From positions 5,654,791-5,718,790 of the forward strand of contig CM082596.2 of the NCBI GenBank assembly GCA_040954595.2: a stretch of 64,000 nucleotides of DNA, given 5' to 3'. The first letter of the stretch is position 1. The number at the start of each line of letters is the position of its first letter. A model generated the notes under the pieces. The model was not told the DNA's origin. It saw only the letters and a list, made by a program, of their open reading frames with translations, and did not search any database. The stretch comes from Balanoglossus misakiensis (Eukaryota > Animalia > Hemichordata). This document shows positions 45,116 to 60,100 of this stretch, piece by piece. The position numbers were made by a program, and so were the translations under genes.

Positions 45116-48100
45116 ATGGCAAGTCTCAAGCACATGAAGGTATGTTTTGAAGTACAAATGGCAGTAATAATTGTGAACAATTTTGATTTTCTGTTAATCA
45201 CACCTTGAACATTTCATTCTCACCTTGAACATCTTAGTTCTTTTCAACAAAATACTCCCACGTGACTTTCTTTCCTCGGTTGGCCTTGCGTTCAATACTG
45301 ATGTCACCAATACAATTAAATAGCGAGAAAGCAACAACCCTAATCTAACGTTGAATGTTTTGTCACAAACACATAATACATTACATACAGGGTTATTATG
45401 TGCCGTGTGTCGGAAATATTCTTGGATTGTTGTTCAAATGATGAGGAATTGGAACAGTACATGGTTCTTGATGTAGATTTATATTCTATGGTATGCTGAG
45501 AAACGAAACAGCTGTAATAGAGCAGTTGTTTATAAACAGCATATGGCTGGCTGGAATATCCTCATTGCAATACACATGGTCGAGTAAATCATCTTGGGTC
45601 TTTGTAATTACTCCAATTCACATGATTCAATTCTATCTCTGCTTGTAATTAGGAAAAAGCCACTGAATATGTGGTGTTTACCTTTTCATCTTACTGTAAT
45701 GGAGTTATGAGTAAAATGTGTAAATATGCTGAGAATATTATTATGACAGAAACTGATTCATTCCAGGATACAGTAAGGATGGCAATGTGGGTGGGATTTG
45801 GCCCTTTCCTGAGATGTAATGGGGATTTGAAATAGTGTTGTGTTCAGAAGACGATTGTAATTGTATGTTTCAGTATCAAGTTTATTTCAGTGTGGTCCAT
45901 GTGTTTTCTGTAGACACTGCCAGAGCCCAGTGCTTGTTATATTTCACATAGATTCTGTACCACTACCAGTATAATGCACATATGTAATCATCCTGAAGCT
46001 GCAGATGTAATGAGAACAACTCATATAGCTTATTATCATTGTGCTGGGTCCCAAGTTATGTAAGACAAATTACCCCATGAAACATGAAGTCTTTTAATCA
46101 AATTTACATTATCACAGACCCTGGGTCAGAAATAAACATATTTCAGTGGTGCACAAACTGGATGATTTATTGTAGAGGTTAAAGCTTCTGCTGGTGGTTT
46201 CTGTAGATAAAAGACTGTTATTAGGCAGTGTTTTCTTTCAAGGAAGATCTATAAATAATTTGTTAATATGCTGTGATTGCATTGTCATTCTTGACCTTGA
46301 TCCTAATTTGATCAGATGCCTCATTATTATTCAAAACATGCAGTGTTTAATGAAATCAGTGAAACATTACACAATACAGATAATTGCACCTATTGATAAT
46401 AATAATTCAATACTGAGGATTGGTATAATACTGATTGGTCTGGTTGTTAATTGCAATGTATATCTGAGTTGTTGTGTGCACCAGGATAACTTCAGCTTTG
46501 GATCTTGGTAGCTGCTGTGGTATTTGTGTTTAGTCTTCGGATGAATTTTGAAAATGCAGTGAAAGGTCAGTGTCTCAAATAAGCAAATTATTGGTGCCCG
46601 AAATATACTGTTGTTCTCATTAGGAAGGGTAGCAAGAAGCTCTCGTCCCTGGGGAACTAGCCTGACCGCCGAACGATTCCTTACAGACCCAGTCATCACT
46701 GGAGATCTTGTCTGCATGGGACTCTGCATGTGGCTAAGATTGCAGCCTGACATGTAAAAACACTGTACTCCCAGAAATTGGTGATTTTCCTGCCAGATGC
46801 CCAGAAATGTTTCGGTCATTGAATAGCACTTTTGTTAACATAGGCTAGTTTCTATCCAATATCATATTATTTATTTATGTGTTTTACAGAGCAGATCTTG
46901 TATAATAATCCAGTCTGCTATCCGTTAGTTTCATATATGATAAAATTTAATTTCAGGTCTGTACATGTATTTGCCAAATTGGACTTGGTTTTACACATGA
47001 CAATGAACTCTGCATTAAAACCTCTAATTTCAAATTATGAACATCACAAGTTACATGTACAATGAACTGAATTGATGAAATAGGTTGGTTTTACTTGCAA
47101 AATTCTGCCTAAGTAATACCAGCATGAATGCTCGAGAAGGGATATATTAGTATTACATTCAAAATGTGCCATGTTTTAGAGAGCTCTGTGCATTGGGCCC
47201 AGGGTTATTCACAGAAATCGGCTATATATAGATATGGGACGTGCGATAAAGTAGACAAGTCATAGAAAAGGTGATATATTCGGTCCAACTAAATTTCTAT
47301 AGGTCTCTGTAGTATAGAAAGTTAATGTGTGATTGAGTGCCATAGTTTATGGTAGTAGTAGGTATGTAATATCTATAATGATTGTTATTAATTTTTCAGC
47401 CAAACCTGGCCTGCCTGCAATAGATAACTTGTGTGACATTTGCCCGTACTGTATTATTATTTCAGAAATTCTGGGACAAACACAAATCAAAGTAAGATAA
47501 GACGCTGAAAGGAAGACAACATCTCAGCACTCAAAATTTGTGTGACGGTTCAAGTGACTTATTAAGAAGCCCCACTGAAGAAGCAAGATGCCGTTTCGCG
47601 AGAAGAAGAAAGTGAGGATATCCAGTGATGAGCTGGTGGAGCTGGATAATTTGAGTCGTTCGCAAAGACCCCAGAGAGGGATGGGAAGATCAGCTAGTGT
47701 TGTTCCAAAGGTAAGTATTTGCGTTCTACGCGGTCCGGAAAAGTCTGGAGAATTTTGAACCACACCTAGATAAATGAAATTCACTTGTAGAAATGCCTGG
47801 CACAGTGTCAATTATCATAATAACAGTGTCATGATATAACTTCTGATATAGCTCCGGAAACTGCCATTTTTCACTTCAGATGCTCTTAGAAAATCCCAGA
47901 AAAACTCATGGAAAGTCCCGGAGTGTCCAGTGAGTTAGTGACTGCGCATGTGAACCCAGAAATGTTCTCTCAAAGTCAATGATTCCCCCTTGTATGATAC
48001 AATGTTGATTCTGTATAAGCAATCGTGTAAATCTCAGGCATGCCATAATAACTGGTTTCCCACTTGTCTGTGTGCCATTGTCAGAATGTGGCCTCATGCC

Positions 48101-51100
48101 TTTTCCTGCTGTTTTACACTGACCACATTTGTGTTTGAATTTCAGGTGACGATAGAAGAGCCTATAGTACCACCATGGCGGAGGTCATCAGATGCCGATA
48201 TTGTGAAGATGTTGACTCCAAAGCAAAGCTTTGTAGCGGACATCTCAACATCCAGCATGGAAGTAAACAAGGACACACATTACTACGATGAAAGGGACTA
48301 CCAATGTAAGTTTGATCAGCAAGTTTTTTCCCTGATTATATGCCTGTATTTGTTGACGTGGACATTGCTACAGGTAAAAATAACAGACCTTTTGTCTGTG
48401 CACGAGCTATATTGGTATATAAAGTACAATAAAAACGATACAAATATATAGATGAAAAATATTTTCAGAGCAATAATTGTTAAACAGGATGTGAAATTTT
48501 CAGAGGGAGTAAAATTTGTCAATAAATTAACCCTAATGCTACGGGGTGTCATATCTGTTTAGAGTGTCAAGTCCCTTAAAATACGTATTTGCCACTTTTT
48601 CTTCTAAAACGTATTTGGCAGTCTGACCCCCCTGTAAAATGTACCAAATCGCACTGGTTTGGTTTGAGGGTCTTGTATAGGCCCTACTGATTAACATGCA
48701 CTTGGAGCCAGGATTCTAGGCACCCTGGAAATCAAACCAGATTCAACTGACTTGGCAGCGTTGGGGTTAAAGACCTTTCATTTTCTGCCTCCCCCCTCTG
48801 CATTGCAGTGCATCGTAGGGAAAGTCTACATCACCATTCGGCGTTCGGGCATCACCACCGATCCTCCAGCAGACTCTCCTCCAGGGGTTCCAAGGGGTCG
48901 TATCTGGGAAGCACGCCGAGACTGAGGGGTGTCAAGAGTGATATCTCCACCAAGTCCGTCGAGAAGACCGTGCCGGAAGAACCGGAAGAAGAGCAGGATG
49001 AGGTGGATTCCGTCAAACCTATGGTAAGCGTTCCTAACATCCTGGAAATGTATGGAATATTGTTTTAAAGGATTCTGGAAAAGTTACTTAGAAAATCATT
49101 TTAGGTACAGTCACGTACTATCATTGTGGAAAACAAACCACCCACTCATAAAATACCATGACAGAAGTAGAAAAGTGCATTTTCTGATTTTATCCTTGAA
49201 AATCACTGAAAAATTTGAAGGAACTCCTACTACATGTAAATCTTGTTCAGCTCCGATTTTATTTATTCAGCTTTGACTACAAAGACATATGATGAGCAAC
49301 TCAGGGGTTTCTGTTCACAAGAAGAACACTGATTATTTTAGTATGGAGGATAGAGGAGAAGACGAGAAGTAGGAGTTGATGTACAGAACAGAAATATTGA
49401 AAAAACAATATTCAAAAGTTACAGTTACTACCCCCTCTACAATTAATTTTTCTCTTGGTGTACTTTTGTAACTTTGCAGTTGGTAGAATCTCCCAAACTG
49501 ATTGGTGCTGGAGATCCCAGCCAGGTTGAACTTGATTCGGTCCTGGTAATGACTGTTCTCTTCAATATACTCGACCAGCTCAAGTCAAATCTTGTACCCT
49601 TTTCCATTCAAAACTGTGTGGTTTTGATCTGAAAAGGGATGACTTGAGTTGGTTTTAAAAACATCGTGTGAATCGCTTCTAACATACATATAAATAAAAT
49701 GCTGCACAGCGAAAATTTCAGCTGTTCGCAGTGGCTTTCATTTCATCGTACTAAAAATCCAGCAAGCATGCACAGCTGTTAGGGTAACAGTACTTCACAT
49801 GGATAGATGATTTTCTGCTCATTACGAGATCTCGCGAGACTTCATTAATTACCATGACAGCAACAGGTTGCTAATCGAGTAATCCAAGTCATGTTTTGTA
49901 TGAATCTAGAATAGATGCAGAGCTTAATGAAATTGTTACTTTAACAAGGTAGGCCATGTGTTTGCCTGGTGTCACATGAGAATGTCCCCCAATATAAACT
50001 TCCTAGCCACGCGAGATCTCGCAGAATCTCGGGGAGTTCAGAAAATGGTCTAGTAGAGCTTTGTATTTGTGTTGTCTACTGGTAACACAAGCTATATTAG
50101 GTGAAGAAATCATTTTGAAAACCACTGCTTGCACTGATCAGATAATCACAGGGAAACCACATCATAGTGTAGCATCACCAATATTTGGAAATGGCCTGGC
50201 CTGATGATGTTTCCTGTGTATTGGAAGGAAACTTCATCTAGTTCCAGCAATAATTGTTATCTTCATCAAATGCTTTGGTCGTGTGATATCCTTAAAGCTA
50301 TATTGTCTTAATAGTGAAGTTGTAGAAATTTATTAAATGTAATGTTGTGTTTTTGGAAATACTTGGAGATACTATAGCTTTAAGAATGAGAGCGAGATAT
50401 TTTTACTTAAGAAATGTTTGCATTCCTAGAATCCTCAGAAATACATCATCATCCATTGTCCACGTTACGAGAACCAACTGCACGTTTACAGTGTACAGTG
50501 GTGTACAATCATCCCATCTCTCCACTAGGGTAAAGCACTGAACATTGTGCTTTTGCGGCTGTGTGCTTCAATGATTGGGTGGAAGATTGATCCAGCCAGC
50601 TTATTAATCTACATTAGTTTGAAGTGTTTACAGCACTGCTAATATAATTGTTCTTTTCTGTATTTATTTCGATGACTGAGTGAGTTTCTGGCTGCATGCT
50701 GGTTTACTGGCTGTTCCTGCCGTCTTTACAGTTTAGTGTGTGCACGGCATGTCCGTCCAGGCATCCACTGTTACTGATTGTCGTTATCGATCTCTTTCCC
50801 TCAGTTCACCCTCCGTGGGGAACCGCTGGGGTCCATCACCTCGGAGGATGAGGAGCAGGAAGAGGAGGAGAGAGGGTGGCTCCCCAAACTGAGCCCCCTG
50901 GAAGAATCCGCCACCCTCCCGGCCGAGTCGGAGGGGGAGTCGGCGAAAGAGGAAGTGATTGCTGAGTGGAGGGCGGACAGGGAGGAGGGGAAAGAGGAGG
51001 AAGACAAAGTAGCAGCTACGGAAGACGATGTCCGGATTGATGTGGAGAAATCCGGAGAGGACGAAGAAGGAGAAGAAGGGGACCAAGTGCCGGAATTGAC

Positions 51101-54100
51101 AAAAGTTGAGAAGAAGGCATCTCCTGTCAAACATCGACGGAAACACAGACATCGGCGACAAAAATATTATACTCCAAGGTAAGGATATTTTTATTTAATC
51201 ATTTTACAAGCTAAAATTATGCAGTTATGTGCTCTGTGTGTGTGTGTGTGATATTTCGTGTATTATGTGTTGAGTTGATAAAATGACAGAATAAGTTCAG
51301 ACTGAACAATTGAAACAGGACAGTGTAGTCACAGTTTCACAGGAATTTATGGAAAAATGATATCTAAGATTGAATTTTCAACTTGAATCTTTTAAATGTA
51401 AACCCTTTTTTCTTTCCCTCAGGCCAATAGCGAACCTCGACGTTTCCTCCGAAGATGGGCGTGATGAAGAATTACTTATTGCAAGTAAGTCATTGTACAT
51501 GAGTAATGCACTGTGTTCAAGCAAGATACAAATTTGGTGACATGTAAGAAGTGGCACACTGCATTGATGAGTTTGTGAATCATAATTCTGGGTATTCCAT
51601 CAGTCATGATTACATTTGTTTGGCATGAGAATGTAAAAAAATATGTAATATTTGAAATATACTCAGCCTGACCTGTTTTTTCACAAAAAATGCTTTTTCA
51701 TAATCAGTTATATTCCCTGATAAAATAAAATGAACAAAACATTCTCATCAGTTTTAGATGATTTTACAGATTTATTACATACATCATCTCAAAACAAGAT
51801 TTGTCTGGCCGCCTTCTCTGTGCACATCCAGGGGCAATTGAGAAATATTTCTTGCATGTCAACCGCAGACATCATTTGCAAACTCCAGCTGTGTATTGTT
51901 GCCTTTCACACAGTACAAATACAACAGGGTTCCAGGTCTCTGTTTGTCACAATACCGACGTCCAGCTGTTACTTGAATTGAATTAAAATCACTTGAAATG
52001 TCAGATGTGGAACTGTGAATGTTTGATTCCGTGCTCAATCTCAAACTAACGTGAAGATCGTTTGTGTTTTTCCCCCCTCGCCGTGACTTCCAGACCAAAA
52101 TGCAGAACTGTTGGAAGAGATCCAAGGTTCTATTACGTTTTGTCAACATTTCAATGTGGCTTAAAAGTTTCATTTTTGTTCATCAGAACATGCATGTTGC
52201 TTCTCAGCCGCAGTGTGTTGTACAATCCCCCACTCCTCCCATTGTCTGCTAGATTGCCACCTTTTATCACCAGTAATATAACCATAGCTCACACAAGCAG
52301 TAGATCTGTCCACGCCCCCTTTTTTTGCAGGAACCAGTCCCTGTTTGATGTAGGTTTACTCAAATCTACTGTGTGAAGATGCTTTGTTGCTTAGCAACAT
52401 TCTGAATACTGCATCAGATGATAAATTTCACTAGTATTTGTCAGAGTTACCAAATTTTAGTTCTGTTTAATTCAGTTTTTTTATGTGGACTTTTTATTCT
52501 TTCCCACTGTTTTGCTTTCAGCGACCATCTTTGTTTTAGTGCAGGATTTTCCTTCCCCAATTTCCCTCCTAAGAATCGCTTCATTAATGGGGCATGCGAA
52601 CAGTGCACCTTAGTATAATAGCATTGTTACCAAAATATAATAGCATTGTTACCGAAGCACATAGATGTCCCTGTTCCTGTGTTAATACTTCTCCATGTTC
52701 ATTCCCCCCTGTTTCCTCGTTTTAATGGAATTTGCATCCGATCTCGACAGGACACAGATTGGAACAGGTGCCTGGAATGAGCAGACACTTGATCAGGAGA
52801 GTGAGTTCGGTGATGCACCCTGGCCGACGCCCCAGCCTGGGCGAGCACGACCTGAAATCTGAAGCTAAGAAAGCACATCTCAATGCCTTCGGGTTGAAAC
52901 CCAAGAAGAGGTTCGACCACCAACCCCATGAGGTACGTATAGGAACTTGGCAGGTTAAGGGAAGAAGTGAACGAAGGAAAATGCATTTATGTAGAGGTGC
53001 CACAGAAGGCTATCTGGGAGCGAAAGTGTATTACTTGCACTTTTGGTCGCAGATAGCCTTCTGAGGTACCTCTACATATCTCGAAAATGATAGAAAAAGT
53101 TATGGAATTTTGTGTGGCCATGTGTATAGACCCAGTTGTGATTGAAGGTCATACTGGGGTCACACGAATTGCAAGTCGAAGTACTTCGTAGCTACAAAGG
53201 TGTGTTAACACTATGCCTGAAATCACAGGATATGTTTGGAAACTCAGCATGCCATGTAACTGGTTGAAATTGACCAGCAAATTGATGTCTGTGGTTTCGG
53301 AATGTCTTGAAGAGAGTGTATATTTTTTCTGTGTCTTACATGAGTGTTTTTTTGTGTCGCAAATTTCAGGTGTTTGTTGAACTTGATGAACTGTTCACCA
53401 ACCCCGACGGTCAGATGACCTGGAAGGAGAAAGCCAGATGGATCAAGTTTGAGGAAGACGTTGATGAAGATGTCAATCGGTGGGGGAAACCTCACGTAGC
53501 TTCCTTGTCTTTCCACAGTCTGTTGGAGCTTAGGAAAGGTCTTGAAGAAGGTGAGTCCAGTCACCAGTGGTTAGAATGTGTTGGGCACTTTGTAGAAGCA
53601 TAAGCTGAAAGCAGTTCAGTACCTGAGTACTTTGCTATGAAAAGAGCACCCTCAGTTGATAAAATTATAGTGCCCTTATAAGATAATCCTTTCTTCGTTC
53701 AAAAATTTGTGATGTATGTACCTAATGGTGCTTTGCAAGTGAAATGGCAACCTTACACTGCAGCTAGCATTGCCTGATGAAATGAAATCCTGGTCACTTA
53801 GCCTTATATTTTGCCACTCCAATGAATGCACTTGTATGAATAGCTTAGTTCATATGAGGTGGGTTGGTCACTATGTTTTATTTTATTGTGTTAGGTGCTT
53901 TGATACTCGACCTAGATGAGATAGATATCTCTGGCATAGTTCATCGTATTGTTGACCAGATGGTTCTTACGGATCAGATTGGGGACGAATCAAGGGGTGA
54001 TGTTCTCAGAGCTTTGTTAATGCAGCACAGGTAAGCAGGAATTCAGATAATCTCCATGCAGTCATCAACTGGAAAACTCGTATGAGTTCATGCGACTGGC

Positions 54101-57100
54101 AATAATATTTGGAAATCTTAGAGTATTGTTCATGTGTATATATACAACTTCAAATGTCTCTCTTTTACTCATCCAAATGCCATTCTTTTATTTTTTCAGG
54201 CACATGAAAGAACCTCAGGGAATATTGAGGAGTCTGTCGACATCCAGCCTGCCATCGCTCAGGATGCCTCACACAGAGTCCAGGAAAAACATCGAAAAGA
54301 ATTTCAGTTTTGGTCCCCTGCGAGGAGCCAAGTCAGAATATGAAACTAAAATAGACATAGAAGGAAGAATTATTGTACGTCCAGTGCCTCTTCTTTGCTG
54401 ATTTTTCAAATGATGTTCTTTTGTAGAAAATTTGATGTGTATTCGTTTATGTACTGATGACTTCATTCGGTAAAGCTTGTCTTTTGAGAAAATTTCATGA
54501 AAATGGCATCGAAGGTATGTTCTCGAAATTCTACATTTGAAATGTGACATCCATGAACTACCCCCCTTTAGAAACTCACACTTTCTAACTCTTCATGTTT
54601 TCTCTCTGTCTTGTCCAGAACCACGCTGGAGTGACTTCACCGCTGCTGCAAACCTCTCCCGCGGGCTCCAAGGCGAATAACAACCTCCACGTGTCGGCGA
54701 GCAGCGCCAGCAGCCTGTCGGAGCACATGGTGAATCCGTCGAGCAACGACAAGAACATCAAGGGCATCATGAGGCAGATCCCGCCGGGCGCGGAGGCCAC
54801 CACCGTCCTGGTCGGAGCCGTCGAGTTCTTGGATGCCCCGTGCATGGCGTTCGTCCGACTGGCACAGGGAGCTATCCTGGACAACTTCACGGAAGTGCCT
54901 CTTCCCGTGAGGTTCATCTTCGTGTTGCTTGGGCCCGCCGACAGCGCCATGGATTACACTGAAATTGGTCGGTCCATTTCCACCCTCATGGCCAATGAGG
55001 TGAGTCTCCCAGCCATCCTGATCAAATTAATACTGCATACTGTATTCAACAAACAGCGCACCACATTGTAAAAAATCCAATACAACTCCAAGATGGCCTC
55101 CTTCCCCAAAACAAGGCTGTATAACCCAGTACATTTCTGACTCGGTCTCAATATATTGATTTCAGAGATTCCACCAGCAAGCGTATGAAGCCACCGACAG
55201 AGAAGATTTACTGTTGTCCATCAACGAGTTCCTCGATGAGAGCATCGTCTTGCCACCAGGGGACTGGAACAGAGACACACTCTTGCCAATAGCCAGGATG
55301 CACAAGAAGAAGATGAAGTGGAAACAAATGCAGAGACAAAAGGAGGCTGAAACGAGGGACTGTAAGTTTATGTTTTACCCTTTCAATGCCATTGTCAAAT
55401 TGTCGTCATCTTTCCAAAAAGTAAACCCTCATAACTTTTTCCACATTTTTTCACAAATTTTGATCAGGACCTGAAGACAATGGAAAAACATGTCCACTTG
55501 GTCTAAAATTGAGGAAGAATTTTAAAAAAATGTGAAAATGTTAGAATATTGCACCACATAGTGGTTGTGTTATTTTTTTGTATTTCTTTGCTACACTCTA
55601 TGAATTCCTGCAACAGGTCACCCCTTCGCACCTTGACCCTAATTTGAATATGTTCATCTTTACAGCCACATCTACAGAAGGGTCTGGCGGACCACCCCAC
55701 CCGGACAACATCGACCCTCTAAAGAGAACGGGATGTATATTTGGAGGTTTCGCCAACGACATCAGAAGGCGGTACCCAAGATACGCCAGCGACTTCAAGG
55801 ATGCCTTCAACATGCAGTGTTTCGCCTCCCTGGTCTTCATCTTCTTCGCTGCCCTGTCTCCTGCCATCACCTTCGGAGGTCTCCTGGGTAAGTGTCTTTT
55901 CGACAGTCCCGTCACAGAGTAGCAGTCATAGAGCAGGACATTGTGCGGATTTTGAACAGAAAAACTCTCCCCTGTTGTTGGTGGTTGGGAATAAACATAT
56001 GAGGAAAAAACAGAAAGAGTGTGACAGTACTGTTTCATCAGAGTGCAGAGTATGAGGTTCTAACTGGCGCTGTTGAATCATGTTAGTATGTCATGGTTAT
56101 TGACCTCAGCCAGGGTAATATGAATATAGGTGGCTGCAGTAACATATGTATTACCCAGGTGGGTAAGTATTATTGACTTGTGGAGAGCGGCGCTCTTTCT
56201 GGTCTCGCTTCGCACGTGTTTATTCCCTACCCCTAACACCGCGGCCGGATTTACACGACTATCACACACGGTGTTCCTCTCTGTGGCTTGGGGACCGAGC
56301 TGGTATTTTCCGATTTCCAGACGAGAGAGATGTGCGTGACACACAGTAAAAGCTACAGTTTGTACACTCTGCGTAGCTAACCTGTTTCTTTTGGCTTCAC
56401 GTAGCATTGCGAAATTTCCAAGTTTGGAGGATTGTACCAGCAAAACTTGCAGCAAACTAGAGAGTATGTTTACGAAGGCAAGTGAATTGTTTCATGTAAA
56501 CTTCATTTTTGCCGTACTTTTCTCTCAAAAATTGTCAAAATTACGACCGCCCTCCACATCGGATCATGCTGCTTTCACTTTTTGGGGGGGAAGAAAAGGA
56601 TTTTGCTGGTTGAAAAAAAAGGCCAACAAGGCAGTGAATTTGCCATTGAAGGTATCAGTGTACCTTGCTTCCTGAGTGACATATCTGTAGGCTGTCTCAC
56701 ATTGACAAAGTGGCTTACGTGTGTCCCCAAGCATATGAACGGTAAACAGTAAAAAATCAAAGCCCAGAACTCTACAGCACCACTGCTTATAAACGGCAGA
56801 CAGTGGGCCAAACCTGTGGGCTAGCTGCAAAGTAACAAAGGTCAGATCCGCGAAGCAGGTGGATTCGGAGTTTGGTCCACCTCGGTGGTGACGGTATATG
56901 TATCCTGTTGCTATCTGTTCTAGTAGATGAAGGTGTTTCACCAATATGGTGGCGTGTACGAAGGTGAACAGTATACTGTATAGTACAGCGGTTTGTACAG
57001 CTGTCCTAATTCCACAATTTGCTCTTCAGTCATTCACGTACGTAGCAGGAACTCTCCCACCAGGTCAAGTCCAGGTGCTTGCTGTTCTGTCCATTCCATC

Positions 57101-60100
57101 GCAGTGTCTCTTTGTTTTCGACAGGTGAGAAGACTGACAAGTGGATGGGGGTGAGTGAGATGATCGTTGGCACCGCAGTCTGTGGTACTCTCTTCGCCTT
57201 GCTGTCGGGGCAGCCCTTGCTCATTGTTGGTGCCACCGGTCCTGTACTTATTTTCGAAGAGGCCGTGTATCAGGTAAGGCCTGCTCTCAGGTGGTGTTCA
57301 TTCTGTCGAATCTTGATTGACAATTTCAGTCGTGAAGGCGCTTGTTATCGAAGCTTATAGCTAACAACCCACCTGTCCATGCACATGTTACTATGACAGG
57401 GTTATCACAAAATATGGATGTGGGCTTCACGTGTATTGGATGATTCTGGCAGCAAATGTATATACTGCTCTTGTCTTATTAGCAGCTATCAGTACACAGT
57501 TTTAGACACAGCATATAGACATCTTTGCTAGCTGTTTTGGTTGTTTTCGTCTAGGATGTTGTCCTAATCTATTTTTTTTTACAGCTGACATGGTACATCT
57601 AGGAACATACCTAATCTTAGACCAGTAATTAGCCAATTCATCTGAATCTCAACATCAAGTTTTCACTTAAGACAATAAAAAATACCGTCTTCTTCAATTT
57701 GTCAGGCAGTTATAGAGTTACTCTTCACAGCCAACCATTGCTTGCCCCGATGAGATTCTCTTTTTTCTTGTTACAGTTTTGTGAGCAGAGCGATTTAGAG
57801 TTTCTACCGTTCCGTGCCTGGGTTGGGATATGGGTGTTTTTGGTCACCATTTTCGTGGTGGCCTTCGAAGGAAGTACCTTGGTCCGATTCTTCACACGGT
57901 TTACAGAAGAGATATTTACGGCGTTGGTGTCACTTATTTTTATATATGAAGTGTTCAAGAAACTCCACAAGGTGAGTTTGGTATTTCCCTTCAAACTGAT
58001 TTTCTCTGTTCTTTGCATTTTTGCACACTGAGATACCTATATACTTGGATAGGAAGAGGTTCACCTTTATATGTTTCATAGTTGCATGTCTGAGCTATAA
58101 ACAGTAAAACCAAGGTGTCTAAACCGACCCCTGTCTAATCAGGAAACTGGTCTATACTGAAAACCTGTCCTTTGACGTACAGTAGAAGCACATATTAAAT
58201 AGAACCTGTATAAACCGTACGCCTCTGTAAATTCAAGTTTCTTTAGTCCCTTTGGTGTTCAGTTGAGACAGGTTGTAGGCTCTGTGTACATGTACATGTC
58301 TATCTTTTCTCCACCCCCTTTCTCCCTCGCATCCCTGGATGTCTACCCTCCCCTCTGTCCCTGTCTGCTTCACTAAAGCATGTTATTACTATTAATTGTT
58401 CTCACAACGCTTCTTACACCCAAACAGGTTTTTTCAAGGCACCCGTTGTTGGATGACTACTGTTTTGAAGAACTGCTTGACGAGGATCTCTACAACTCAA
58501 CCAACCACAGTACACTGTACCAGTATTCCACCACGCCCAACTACTCTGTGCCAACCACGACAGCGACGACGCCCGGTGACTACTATCCCAGCAATGAGCC
58601 AAACACAGCTTTACTTTCGACCATCCTCACGTTGGGAACCTTCTTCATTGCGTACTTCCTTAGAAAGTTCAAAAATGGCAGATTTTTCTCAAACAGGGTA
58701 AGACTAATACCGTTCCATCGAACTTGTTCTGTTAAATCAGTTGTTCGTGATGTGGAATCCAATGTTATGAAGGAAACCTGAAATGTAATCAGAAGAATGT
58801 GAGATAGCAAGAACTGGTAATTTTTACCCTCTCACCACCTTGGTTTGGTCTAAAACCCATTGTTTTCTATTGTGCAGTTGGACCCCCACAGAGGGAAACA
58901 TGGGTGAAAGAGTAAAAGGTCTTCCATACTTTTATTTCCACAGGTCCGGAAGACTTTAGGTGACTTTGGTGTACTTATTGCTATTGTTATAATGGTGCTT
59001 GTGGACGTTGCAATAGAAAATGTATATACACAAGTAGGTCAAATTTTATATTACTCTGAGACATTCTTGGAGATTTCATTACACTAAAGAAGCTGTAATT
59101 TCCTGTGTAAGTTATTTATTTATTTATTTGTTGTTTGTGTTTTTACTAATTTGTACCATATTATTCTTGCTGTTTCCATAGAAATTGGAGGTGCCTGATG
59201 GTTTTACACCTACAGCACCAGAGAAGAGAGGCTGGTTCATCAGTCCGATTGGCTTGAAGAGTGTCATACCTGTGTGGGCGGTGTTTGCCTCGATAATTCC
59301 TGCTATATTAGTATTTATTCTCTTGTACATGGAAACACTTATTACAGAGTAGGTCTTTGTCGTGAATACTGTTATGTAGTCTGTGTTGTGTTGTCTTGTC
59401 TTGTCTTGTGTTGTACCGTCTTGTGTTGTGTTGTGTTGTCTTATCTTGTTTTGTGTTGTGTTGTCTTGTCTTGACTTGTACTGCCGTGTCTTGTACTGTG
59501 TTGTCTTGTCTTGTCTTGTCTTGTCTTGTCTTGTCTTGTCTTGTAGAATAGAGGGATAGTGTGTGTGCTTATGTGCTATTTTGTGACACTGACTGTACCA
59601 ACCTTCTTCAGATGGAGCGTTTTTGCCAAATGATATTAGTGTATTGTTAGCTTTCTAGATGGCACCAGGGTTCGTGGGCTCAAATCCTTTACAACACAAC
59701 CTGTTGTGCATTGAGAGGAACCTCAACAATGTGCATGCATATTGTCCACATTGTCATCCTCACAATGACAGTACACACAATAATGTTCCACTTCCCAGGC
59801 TGTTAAATACTCACAGATTTTTCTCTCCTTCCAACAGGCTTATTGTAAATAAGAAAGAGTACAATTTGAAGAAAGGGAGCGGCTATCATTTAGACCTCTT
59901 TCTGATCGGTGCACTCACCTTCGGCAGTTCTTTGTTCGGTCTGCCCTGGGCCTGTTGCGCCACCGTGCGGTCGGTCTCACATGTTGGAAGCCTGACTGTG
60001 ATGAGTAAGACTCATGCCCCTGGTGAGAAACCTGCCATAGAGGGCGTTATCGAGCAGAGAGTCACCGCGCTTGCTGTCAGCCTTATCATAGGTATGTTGA

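Noticed and set aside
52331-52349. Possible SLC4 microexon (ttttttgcag|gaaccagtccctgtttgat|gtaggt)
   Set aside because: At 19 nt it would break the otherwise consistent frame between 51484 and 52751.
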